From assembly GCF_018350175.1 (NCBI RefSeq), contig NC_058368.1:173106001-173170000 (forward strand): DNA of 64,000 bases. The letters run 5' to 3'. The notes beneath the pieces were generated by a model, which was not told where the DNA came from, ran no database searches, and saw only the letters and a program-made list of their open reading frames with translations. The stretch is from Felis catus. Taxonomy: Eukaryota. The position numbers were made by a program, and so were the translations under genes. This document shows positions 13,611 through 25,791 of the stretch, one piece after another; the stretch's first letter is position 1, and each line of letters opens with the position of its first letter.

Positions 13611-16600
13611 ATATATACTTTAAGACTGAAAACACAATAAAGACATTCCCAGATAAAGACTGAGAGAATTCACTGTTAGCAGGTTTGCCTTGCAAGAAAT
13701 ACTAAAGAAAGCCCTGCTAGCTGAAAGGAAGTGGTACTAAGTGGTAATGAATCCAGAGGAAGAAAAAAGAACACCAGAAATGGTAAATATGTATGCTAAT
13801 ATAAAAGACACTATAAATATTTTTTTAATATTTTTTAAATCTTTAAATAAAACCAATAAATAAAATCAATAAAAAATTTTTTTAATCTTTATTTACTTTT
13901 AAGAAAGAGAGAGACAGAGTATAGGGGAAGGGTAGAGGCAGAGACAGAGGGAGACACAGAATCTGAAGCAGGCTCCAGGCTCTGGCTGTCAGCACAGAGT
14001 CCAACATGGCGCTTGAACTCACGAAACGCGAGTTCATGACCTGAGCTGAAGTTGGATGCTTAACTGACTGAGCCATCCAGGCGCCCACCCCAAAAAATTT
14101 TTTAATGTTTTTTTTGAAAGAGAGAGAGAGACAGAGTGTGAGTAGGGGAGGGGTAGATAAAGAGGGAGACACAGAATCCAAAGCAGGCTCCAGGCTCTGA
14201 GCTGTCAGCACAGAGTCAGATGAGGCACTCAAATCCACAAACTGTGAGATCATGACCTGAGCTGAAGTCGGAGGGTTAACTGACTGAGCCACCCAGGTGC
14301 CCCACAAATATACTTTTTTTAAGAACTTCTCTTCACTTCCTTAGAAGAGATGTTGTATAAATCAATAATTATGACATTGAATAATTAGGTTTATAACATA
14401 TATCAATGTAACAAATATGACAATAATAGTACAAAGGAGGGTGAGGAATGGAGCACTATTAGAGGAATGTTTTTATATATTTTATCAGATTTAAGTTAGT
14501 ATTAATTTGAAGTAGACTGTGATGAGTTAAGATGCATCATACAGTCCCTCGAGCACTAAGAAAATACAATTAAAAAGTAAAAAAAAAAAAAAAAAAAAGG
14601 GCACCTGGGTGTCTTGGTTGAGAGTCTGACTTCAGCTTAGGTCACAATCTCATGGTTCATGGATTTGAGCCCCACATCGGGCTCTGCTATCAGCACAAAG
14701 CCTGCTTCAGATTCTGTCTCCTTCTCACTCTGGCCCTTCTCTGCTTGTGCTCTCTTTCTCAAAAATAAATACATTAAAAAAAAAAGTATAAAAAATTGAC
14801 AGAGGAAGTAAAATGGTCCACTAAAAAATACTAACCACAAAGGAAGTCAGTAAAGGAGAAAAGGAAGAACAAAATGAAAAGGAGATAAATAGCAAAATAG
14901 AAAATGTAAATCTAGCCATTATCAATAATTAAATTAAATGCAAACAGTCTAAACAGCCCACTCAAAAGCCAGAGACTGTCAAAGGATAAAAAGCAAGATC
15001 TATACAATGGGATTCTATTAGCAACAAAACATGATGAAGCACACAATGAATGCATGGTACAACGTGGCTGAACCTCAAAAACATGCTGAGAGAAGCCAAA
15101 TACATTCATATTGTATGATTTTATTTATATGAAATGTTCAGAAAAGGCAAATTTTAGAGACAGTGGTAGCCCAGGGCAGGAGGTAAGAGTGGAGATTTAA
15201 TGTAAAGAAGCAGAAAGGAACTAACTGGAGTGACGGAAATATTCTAAGACAGAATTGTGGCTACACAACTCTATACTTTTAGCAAAAAATCATTGCATTG
15301 TACAGTTAGAATGGGTGAATTTTATGGTATATAAATTATAACTCAATAAAGGTGCTAAGAGAAAAACAAAACAAAAACCAAGATGAGTAGAACCTGGTGT
15401 TACAGGTATCTATCTAGACCTCATATAAATACTGGAAAGTGAGGACAGTAGGGAAATGAACTGGGTCCTAAGTGACATTGTACATTCATACACACATAAG
15501 CAATTCACTTTTTAGAGCACAGCTGCTGTGTTCTCTGCTTCAAGGTCCAGCAGATGCCTTCCCTGTCCCTCAAAGACAAAGGTCACTTCCTCTTTGTGCA
15601 CGACCAATTCTTACACATTCCTCTTTACTGCACCCATTACATTATACTGAAACTGTTTTGGTGTCTGCTTCCTGGACTAGACTATAAACCCCTCCCAGGA
15701 GGAAGGACAGTATCTTCCTCATCTCTGTAGCTCTGATGCCCAGCCAGTCCTAGGAACTGAGCATACATCAATGATTGTCAAATTTGTGAAAGGAAAATTG
15801 GGGTGCGTTTGGGGGGATTTGTACCAAACAAGTTTGAAATTATGAGGGAGACAGAAGGCCCATATTAATTTAGTAGGAATCAGGCTAGACTAGTTTTCAA
15901 ACTGGAGAAGTACATACAAGGGTTTAGGTCTATGTACCACAGACCCCAAATTTAAACATATCTTCTTTGGATGTGGTCAAAAAGTCCATTTTATCCCAGG
16001 ACAATCAGTTCACAAGCAACATATTAAACTTTCCATGATTAGTCTGCTCAGCAAACAAACAAACCTTCTGATTTCCGAGCAGATTACTTGACAGGATTAG
16101 CACAGAAGGCCAGACGGTTCTTGTACTTCTGGACTGGAGTTAAGCAGCTAGTGGTAAGGACCATGAAGGGAGTCACGCAACCAGGTCAGGCCAGCCCTTT
16201 CCATCCTCCTCTATCTCCATCTTACCCAGTGCCAGGTCAAATGCAGAGCAAGCTAGGAAGCTTCAGCCCAGAAGTGCCCCCCAGTGTACCCTGTTCTTCA
16301 CAACTTCGGGACAAGCCTAGGATACAAAGAAGTTGGACCCAAAGTATACCCTGGCCAGTTTTTCAGGCTCCTGGCCCCCATCGCATAAAAAGGACCCAGG
16401 TAGTAGAGACTCGACAAATAGAAACAGGGGTAAACCAGGTTCAGTCACCAAGGCCAGGAAGAACATGGGGTAAGAAGGCCTTCTGGAGTTCTTGCAAGTG
16501 TGGGGCATGAGAGAAGGGAGGCAAGATACACTAGGGGTGGGGGAACTCGGAGACTGGGACAATGGAGAGTCAGGGGGAAATGGTGGGGGGATAGCAGTCT

Positions 16601-16649
16601 GGCGGAGAAGGTTCTGTGGGTCTCCGGGAAGGCACGAATAGGAATTACA

Positions 16650-17420
16650 GTCCTCGAGTTTAGGGAAGAGCTGCGCTCTGGTGGATGAGAAAGGCGGGGG
16701 AACCCCCACCCCCAACGGTGTGAGCATGAGAAGGCCCTTGACTACTGGAGAGCGGAGACCTGATTCGCTGGGTGCGGCGGCCTCAATTTTCCGTGGAGCT
16801 GGCCCACGGTACCCAGGCCCTGCTGGCTGCACGAGTCAAGGAGTCCCGGGCGCGTCACGCAAGGGGGCGGGCCGGGCGCCAGGGGGTGTGACCGGAGACC
16901 CGGGGGCTGGTCCGCGTTCCCAACCCGCGCTTCCTCCGCTCCCAGCGAAACGAGCGGGTGGGCGAGGGACTTACTGCCTCTGAGGTCCTCTGACTCACCT
17001 TCCTCCCTCCCCACTGGTTGGGCCCCGGACACTGCTTCCCACAGGCGGCGCGCCCTCTCGCGGTCGAAGCGCAGTCCGTCCGGTTCCCGGCCTTCTCGCT
17101 CCTCCGAGCTATTGTATGGCAGGGCCCCTCCGCTGTCCGCGGCCTCCACGGTGCCCAACGCAGTATACTCCATCTTTCCTGCAAGCCGTAACCGGCAGAT
17201 AGCCGCTCATAAACCTTGGTCTCGCGAGATGTGGGTAGGAGGGTGACTTTGCTGGGCCAACAAGTCTCGCGAGGTTTGGGAGCTGCATCCCGCGTTGCAA
17301 TGCGGGCTTTGGTGCTTCCCTTTGATCGCTGGTGAGCCTCGAAACGTGTTCCGTGGAACTGAAAGTTAGTCGCTGGTTTCACAGTAGCCCCCTTACTCTG
17401 ATACAGGTTCGTGCAGGTTC
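16650..17420. promoter_or_regulatory. ZNF346: CpG-island promoter of ZNF346, probably bidirectional
   Basis: GC- and CpG-rich block around exon 1. TCTCGCGAGA at 17220-17229 and TCTCGCGAGG at 17265-17274. No TATA box seen. Confidence 0.9.
16999..17173 (-). CDS. ZNF346: ZNF346 coding exon 1 (58 codons + 1 nt; [10 protein letters not shown]...AQPVGREE)
   Basis: ATG at 17173 in strong context (AAG ATG G). The peptide [24 protein letters not shown] is recognised as the ZNF346 N-terminus. Donor G|GTGAGT at 16999/16998, phase 1, matches exon 2. Confidence 0.96.
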
Positions 17421-17649
17421 TCACCTTCCTCACCATCAGCCTTTGACACTTCGAAATAGTTCTCTTGAAGGCCCTGTTACGTGGGAATATTTTCTCCGTT
17501 TTACTGTTAGGGAAACAGGCCTAGAACCTAAAAAAAGTTTACTCAAGTTTGCCACGAGAATGTAGTAGAGCTAGGACTCCATCTCCGTAATAAATACCAG
17601 TTGAGTTTCAACTTCTAACTCCTAGCCCAGACCCCACCCCCCCACCCCT

Positions 17650-18780
17650 TAAACTCTCAATGCAACTGTCAAACCTGAAATTTTATCTTCCATCCCCACA
17701 GATCCTCCCCTAGTCTTTCAGGAGCCACCATCTCTTGGCAAGGTTATTGTGGCATCTTCACTAGTCCTTTCCCTTGCCCTTCAGGTATTCTCAGCACAAC
17801 AGCCCTAGCAGTCCTCATAGCAAACCATGTCATGATACCCTGATGCTCATATTTTCCAACACTTTCCTATCCTACTCTTGATAAAAGCCAAAGAAAGTCC
17901 TTAGTTTAGCCAAAAGACCCTATACAGTCTGACTTCCTTTAACCTCCCTGATTTTATCTCCTACTGTGTTAGCCTCCAACACCTTCATTACTGTCCCAGT
18001 TACCCTGACCACCTGGATTGCATTTCCCCCATATATTCTCATGGCTCAGTCTTTCATTTCTTTCTCTGGCTACCCTATCTAAAACATACATGTCATGTTC
18101 TTCTTTCCTGCTTTATTATTTTTTCCTTCTTAACACTTAACATTATCAGACATAGTATGATTTTACTTTTTGTCTTTTTTGTTTGTTTCCCCGCTAGTAG
18201 GCACACCCCTAGAAAGTAGAGATTTTTGTCTGTTTTGTTCTCAGATGGAACTCCAGCACCTTGAAATAGAGCCTGGGTTCTCATAGGTACATATAAAATA
18301 TCTGTCAATGAAATTTTTGATATAATTACCTTATTTCAACTTCATTTATTCAAATGCTTATTGAGAGTTTAATTATGAGTTAGATGTTGTTTTGGGCATT
18401 GGAATACAGTGGTGAACAAGACAGAAAGGGAATCTCTGGTATTGTGTTTTTATTCTACTGGAGGAGAGTGTAATAAGTCAACAGATTGTAATAAGTACTA
18501 AGAACATAAAACGAATATATATTGGGTGAATGATGTGCAAGGAACATTAGTCAGGGTGGTCAGAGAAAGCCTCTAAAGAAATGACATTTTACCTAAGCCT
18601 GATTGATGAGAAGTGGGAGGCCATGTAAAGAACTGGCGAAGAATGTTCCAGGGAGAGGGAACAGGAGGTACAAAGCCCCTATGGCAGGAGTGAACTTGCT
18701 CTGTTGGGAGGAATAGGAAAAAGGACACTGTGGCTGGAGCCCAGTGAACAAGGGAGAAGTAATATCAGAGGAGGCAAAAA
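17650..18780. mobile_element. Two opposed L2 remnants
   Basis: L2 3'-end motifs near 18200-18310 and 18340-18420. Confidence 0.55.
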
Positions 18781-20057
18781 GAAAAAAAGAAAGAGACAGG
18801 TTTCTTGCCTGAGATCACACAGCTGACCAGCAAGAGATACTTATTTATACTGTAAATATTGAGCATTAGCTAGTGGCAGCCTTCATGCCTGACTCCTCTA
18901 TAGTGTAATAGATGATTGATGTTTATGCAGTGTTTTATAGTTTATGAAGCACCTTTAACATACATTATAACATTAAATCCTCAGAGTGGTTTTCCTATGA
19001 AGGATTCTTTCTTATTGGACAGTAAAGAAACAGACTGGGAGAAGTGAAAGTTTTATCAGGGTCACACAGCTAGTTAATGATAGAGTCCATACTTGAACAC
19101 CAGTCCTCAGACTGCACATCCATGTCCTTTTGTCAGTACCAGATGACCAACCTAAAAACCAATGACTGTACATTACTTATTAATCTTAAAGAAAGTTTCT
19201 ACTTATCCAAATTTCCATAACCCGAGTTATTCACTAGAAATCCCAAGGTATAGAGGACATTTTAGTCAAAATCCCAGAATTCAAGCATATATATTTAACA
19301 CAATGGAGCAAAATACAGTCCCCCTCCCCTTGCTCCCATCTAATTAGATGCTCAAAACTATTTATTTATTTATATTTATTTATTTATTTTGAGAGAGACA
19401 GAGACAGAATGAGTGGGGGAGGGGCAGAGAGAGGGGGAGAGAGAGTCCCAACCAGGCTCTGCACAGGGCTTGAACTCATGAAACTGTGAGATCATGACCT
19501 GAGCTGAAGCCAGGAGTTGGATGCTTAACTGACTGAGTCACCCAGGCGCCCCTGAAAACAATTTAGATTTATTCTCCAGTGAATGCTACCATGATTTGTT
19601 TTCTGTGCCACTGAGGCAGAGTCCTGAGCTATGGCGCTGAGTGTCTGAATAGCCCTTTTTCTGCTTTGTCCTTGTGTAAGTGCTTTCAGTAATGGCCCAG
19701 GCCTGGACTCCTTGTTGGAACTTGACAGTGCATGTGATGCCTTGTATTTCGGGCTGGCGTTTATTTCTTCCCTGTGGAAAATGAGACCCACTTCCCAACA
19801 TGTTCTGTGTATTGTTGCTATGAGAGAAGAACAATCCCAGGGAAATGGCTTTGCCAAGGGACAAATTGGCCACTTTTCGGCAGATTCTTCATTTGAGTAA
19901 ACACTGATTGTGTATGTTCTCAGGCATGCAAACCCATAGTACAGAGCTTAGTAAACTATGGCTCTTGTTCTCAGGGAGATTAAACTCTAAAGGTGAAATT
20001 ATCTATCGTATGCATAATATCATACAGTATGTGTTAACTGCTATAGTAAGAAGTGAC

Positions 20058-20595
20058 AACTGTTTTGATTGTACCTGGGATTTATAGAGGTGACTGAATG
20101 CTGATAAGAGTTCAGAGCCATTGAGAGTTTTATTATGCACACTTCCCAAGAGGAAGGGTTATGCCATGCCATGCAGAACCACAGTACACAGGGAAAGTAC
20201 CAGGGTTGGTCAGGAGGCAGAAAGAACGGCCAAGAGCATGGCCCAGAGTCTTTATTGTAGTCAACACTGGAAGGAATGGGTGGGGCTAGGTAAGAAGTTG
20301 AGGATTGACTAGTTTGAATAATTACAGCAGGGCTCCAGGCTATGGGAGTGGACCCTAGTAGTCTGGTACCTAGCTTTGGGCTGATTTAGGAAAGGGGGAA
20401 TATTGGCTTGGTGTGTGAGTTAGATAAAAGAGATGGCTGGAGATGCTGACTTTGGATTGGTTGATTTGCATATGAAATGTGTGTTTAGTCGTTTGTCTAA
20501 TCCTGAGAGGGGCCATTCCACCCTAGTCTTCAAAGATGTCAAAGGTTAATAAAATACAGAAAACAACAACAACAACAACATGATTAGTAAAACAA
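20058..20595 (-). mobile_element. Old ERVL-type solo LTR (MER74-like, name tentative)
   Basis: TG...CA ends, TTTATT signals, terminal AACATGATTAGTAAAACA. Confidence 0.45.
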
Positions 20596-21296
20596 CCAAG
20601 GCCAGTGTGAATGGAGTGGGATGATGAAGCCACAGCTGTGGGGGTCTTGATGGTTTCTGACTTACCTCATATGAGGCTTTCAACTTCTCAGCTCTGTGAA
20701 TACATTTCTAGTTGTTAGAAGTGACCATAATTTAGGTTTTACTAACAGGATGTTAACAAGCATGGTTTGAGTCAGAATCTGAGATTGGTCCAAAACAGCA
20801 GGGTTTGCTCTTGAGGAAAACTGGAAAAGCTATGCTGGGGGCAGGGGAGAGAAGGAGGGCACATCTTTGCTGCAATCCTAGTCTACTTCTCAGGATGGGT
20901 TATTTTATTTTATTTATTTTTATTTATTTTATTTTTTATTATATTAAAAAAAATTTTTTTAATGTTTATTCATTTTTGAGAGAAGAGCACAAGCAGAGGT
21001 GGGGCAGAGAGAGAGGGAGACACAGAACCTGAAGCAGGCTCTGTGCTTTGAGCTGTAAGCGCAGAGCCCAACACGGGGCTTGAATTCACAAACTGTGAGC
21101 TCATGATCTGAACTGAAGTCGGATGCCTAATTGACTGAGCCACCCAGGCACCCCAGGGTGGGTCGTTTTATAGTGACTTCAGGGTTACAGGGAAGCCTTG
21201 TCTTTAGGAGATGCCAGGTTTTACATCTGTGACTTTCCAAAGACAGATTGAAGGTCTAGGGTCCTTCAATCTCAATTAGATTGGTGTGTCTCTCAG

Positions 21297-21915
21297 TTAG
21301 ATGAGGGTCTCCAACGTTTATTTATTTTTGGGACAGAGAGAGACAGAGCATGAACGGGGGAGGGGCAGAGAGAGAGGGAGACACAGAATCGGAAACAGGC
21401 TCCAGGCTCTGAGCCATCATCAGCACAGAGCCCGACGCGGGGCTCGAACTCCCGGACCGCGAGATCGTGACCTGGCTGAAGTCGGACGCTTAACCGACTG
21501 TGCCACCCAGGCGCCCCTAGATGAGGGTCTCCAAATGTGGGGCAATGATTGGGTGGAAGCAAGCAGGTTGCATAGGAGGTGAAAGAATTCACGGAGGCAG
21601 AACAAAGGAGATAGAAGTTTATTGAATACACCACAAGGTAGCAAGGTAGTGGGTGAGCAAGACAGCAGAGAGGCTGTCTGCAACAAGGCAGTGGGAGGGG
21701 GCTGCTTTTAAGGAGGGAAGGTGAGGAAGTATGGCAATTTACGGAATTTTACGTTTTTTTGGTAACTGTGCCTAGTTGTAAGTAGCCCATTGGTTAGTTA
21801 GGGCCTCTGGATATTTTGAGGTGAGTCTCCTCCTGTCTGTACTCAGTCAGGTGGCAGTTGTGGGCCCTTTCCACGTTCCATTGCTCAAGCCTGTTTGCCT
21901 GAAGTGGCCTACCTA
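21297..21915 (-). mobile_element. Solo LTR, probably carnivore ERV1, containing the tail-less SINE
   Basis: TTTATTG (minus-strand poly(A) signal) at ~21618, ATTGG at ~21789, LTR-like size. Confidence 0.55.
21315..21517 (-). mobile_element. Young SINEC_Fc-type SINE without a poly(A) tail
   Basis: 17-bp duplication TAGATGAGGGTCTCCAA at 21298-21314 and 21518-21534. Confidence 0.95.
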
Positions 21916-23034
21916 TAGGGGAGTTTGCTGATCATGGATTAGGATTTCCAGAGGGTTTTGAGAAAGAGGGGAAGGTGGAGGATTAGATTCAAGTAGAGCT
22001 TTCCAACTTTTTCTTGTCACAGCCCATTTAGAAAATGAGCATATGTATATGTCAAATTAAAGTAAACAGATATGGCAGCTTCTTCTCACCCCAGTGGTGA
22101 TCCAGCAACTCCAACCATTCCAACCCTGCTGAGCCACCCTTGGGGCAGGAGGGATGGATGTTCAGAGCCATGTGAGGTGCAATGGATGGCCATGATGTTT
22201 TACACCCTGACAGTGTCTGAGGTAAGCAGTATTGGGATTAGCCCCTATAATCTCTGAGAAATAAACAGGACATCAATTAAAGCCATGAAGTACTCAGCCT
22301 GACATCAACTGCTCCACTCTGCAGTCATGACCTATGTGACCTTAGGTAAATTATTTAACATTTGTAAGTCTGCTTCTTTAACTATAAAATTTGGAAATGA
22401 TACCTACTTTAAATGGTGATTGTGAAGATTAACCAAAATAATCTCCATAAACTACTTAGCACATTGCCTGGCACAAAGTAAATAGTAGCTGTTACTGGTT
22501 TATTCTGAATGCTGTATTTTTCTGATAATTTCACAAACTGATATTAGGCTCCATTTTGGTAAAGCTAAACCCCAGTTTTCTAGAATGAGTTTTAGATCCC
22601 CCAGTTTCTAGAACCAGTTTCAATTAATTGTGCATTTGATTATGGATCTAGTTTAGTTTAATGTATCCAAGGAAATCTAGAGTGGTTTATTTATTTGTTT
22701 AAAAAATGTGTATGTATTTATTTTGAGAGAGAGTGTGCATGTTGGTGGAGGGGCAGAGAAAAAGAGAGAAAACCCAAACAGGTGCCAGCAGCGCACTGCC
22801 TGACTTGGGGTTTGAACTCAAGAACTGTGAGGTAATGACCTGAGCTGAAATCAAGAGTCAGATGCTTAACTGACTGAACCACATGGGTGCCCCTAGAATG
22901 GTTTAAAATGATCCAGTGAAGCTCTGTCATCTCTGCTGAAGAACTGTCAAGAAATCAGTAAAGATCTTGAACTGTCATAGTAATTTGAGTCACATCACAT
23001 CAACAGGCTTTATTTTGGGCCTACTCTATTATAT

Positions 23035-23385
23035 GTCAGTATGTTTGTCCATACGGGCTCCCATAAAGTAGATAGTAGGGCTTAAAGAACAATTTATTTC
23101 TCATAGTTCTGAAGGCTGAAAGGTCCAAGATCAAAGTACCAGTAGATCTGGTGTGTGGTGGGAACTGTCTTCCTAGTTTATGGACTGCCATCTTCTCCCT
23201 CTGTCCTCACATGGATGAAGGGGTGAGAGAGCTCTCTATGGTCTCTTTCATGAGGTCACTCATCTCATTCATGAGGGCTCCACACTCATCACCAGTTAGT
23301 TCCTAAAGGCCCCAATTCTTAATAGCATCACATTGAGGGTTAGGAGTTCAGCATTTTAATTTTTGGAGGACTTAAGCAGTTTACT
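23035..23385. mobile_element. MLT1 (MaLR) LTR
   Basis: ATTTATTTCTCATAGTTCTGAAGGCTG...TCCAAGATCAA motif typical of MLT1. Confidence 0.7.
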
Positions 23386-24298
23386 ACAGACAGGCACTGT
23401 ACTATACTCCCCTACAGACAATACTTAATGGCTTCCTGTTGCTTATAGGACAAGGTTAAAATGTCCTACCTGGTATAAGAGTCTGACTCTATAGTCTAAC
23501 TCCTTCCCTCTCCACTCTCTTTTTCTAATACTCTCCAAAGCACCTGTGCTCCAGCCACACTGAAAGGACTTTTCAGCCTTGTGGTTTGTTCTCTGGCTGG
23601 GGCATCCTTTCACAGCTCTTTTCCTTTGTGTGTACTGTTCCCACTGCCTTTAATGCCCTTCCACCATATTGTCATGTCCATTTGACATACTTTGTTGATG
23701 TTGCTTTGTATTCTTTGACTATAATACATCATAGCTGTGAGTGCAACTGTATACTGAATTCTATGAGTCCTTGAGTCGATCATCAAACCTGGGTGATCAT
23801 GTGGATCCCTAACACACCTGCTAAATGAAATTCTCCTTGACTTCTTCTCTTCCTCTAGGAAGAAGTAAATAACTCATTTCTCCATACTTCTATAACACTT
23901 TCTACTGTCTTTTCCTTATTAAAAAATTTTAAATTATCATTATTTAATACATATAAAAATATTATAGGTAATTTATAAAGAGTAATAATATAATGAACAC
24001 CCATGAATTCATCATCTAATCTGAGCTAGAAATTATCAACCCACCTATTTTTTTATTAACAAAAAAATTTTTTTTTAAATGTATGAAATTTATTGTCAGA
24101 TTGGTTTCCATACAACACCCAGTGCTCATCCCAACAGGTGCCCTCCTCAATACCCATCACTCACCCTCCCCTCCCTCCCACCCCCCATCAGCCCTCAGTT
24201 TGTTCTCAGTTTTTAAGAGTCTCTTATACTTTAACAAAAATTTTTAACATTTATTTATTTTTGAGAAACAGAGAGAGCACAAGTAGGGGAGGAACAGA

Positions 24299-24348
<50 letters not shown>
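24299..24348 (+). repeat. (CA)n microsatellite inside a SINE
   Basis: Seen directly. Confidence 0.95.
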
Positions 24349-24351
<3 letters not shown>

Positions 24352-24839
24352 TCCAAAGCAGGCTCTAGGCTCTGAGCTGTCAGCACAGAGCCCAACCTGA
24401 GCTGAAGTCAGCCACTTATCCAACTGTGCCACCCAGGCACCCCAGGAGATACAGAATCTTAAGCAGACTCCAGGCTCTGAGCTGTCCTCACAGAGCCTGA
24501 CGTGGGGGCTTGAACTCAGGAACGGTGAGATCATGACCTGAGCTAAAGTAGGACACCCAACCAATTGAGCCACCCAGACGCCCTTAAGTAAAAAAATTTG
24601 TTTTAATGTTAATTTATTTTTGAGAGAGAGAGAGAGAAGGTGGAGGAGGGGTAGAGAGAGAGAGAGAGAGAGAGGAAGACAGAGGATCAAAGTGAGCTCT
24701 GTGCTGACAGCACAGATTCTGGTGCAGGGCTCAAATCCATGAACTGTGAGATCATGACCTGAGACAAGTCGGATGCTCAACTGACTGAACCACCCAGGTG
24801 CCCCCACCCCCACCCCCACCCCTAACACTCTTATGCTTA

Positions 24840-25742
24840 ACTCCTGGTGCACTTGGACAGGAGTTTCTCAGGGTATACACCTAGGAATTGAATTGCCAGT
24901 TGGTAGGGTATGTGAATGCTATACTTTATGAGCTATTGCCAAATTGTTTTCTAAAGTGATTGTATCAATTTATATTCTCATCAGCAAAGGATAAGAGTTC
25001 CTATTGATTTTCATTCTCTCCAGCATTTGGTACTGTCACACTTCTTTATCTTTTGCCAATCTAGTGGGTATAAATGGTATTAAATGTATGGTAGGTCTTT
25101 TCATTCTATTTATCTCTTTTTCCTTTTTTAATTCATCAAACATTTATTAAGCATCCTGCATGAACTAGATATTTTGTTAGGTCCTAGGGAATTTAATGTC
25201 TCTCTATTTTTCTGATTACTTTTTTATTGAGGTATAGCTTATATGGAATAATGTATATAAGTACAAATCTTGAATAAATTTTTATATATAAATAGAGCTG
25301 TATAATCACTACCTATATTAAAATATAGGACATTTCAAGTCCTTGAATGCTGACTGTTCTTCTCAGCCAAAAGAAATCATTATCCTGAATACTGTCATTA
25401 CAGATTAGTTTTGCCCACTCTTGAAATTTGTATAAATGAGTTGCTAATTTCCAAATATTTGGGGCATTTCTAGATTTCTCATTGTTATTAATTTCTAATT
25501 CAATCCATTGTGATCAGAGCACATACTCTGTAAGACTTCAGTCTTTTGAAATCTCTTGGGATTTGCTTTATGTCCAGCATATGGTCTATGTGGTGAACAT
25601 TACATTTGTATTTGAAAAGAATGCATGTTTTGCAGTTGTTGGGCATACTGTCATATAAATATTTAATTGTGTCAATGTGGTTGATAATGTGATCAGATCT
25701 TCTGTATCCTTACTGATCTTTATTTAGTTCTATCGATTACTG

Positions 25743-25791
<49 letters not shown>

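Larger units (their letters stand above)
12240..15355 (+). mobile_element. Old L1M fragments in ZNF346 intron 1 with five SINE insertions
   Basis: ORF1-like FEETMSENFPYL (12418-12630), L1 3'-end motifs at 12845-13130 and 15000-15350, A-rich + strand. Confidence 0.7.

Noticed and set aside
16088..17436. Several 100-190 aa ORFs around ZNF346 exon 1
   Set aside because: Stop-poor GC-rich island. Only 16999-17173 matches a known protein and has a compatible donor.
24244..24852. 202-aa minus-strand ORF
   Set aside because: It reads through stacked SINEs and a (CA)n repeat and has no protein features.
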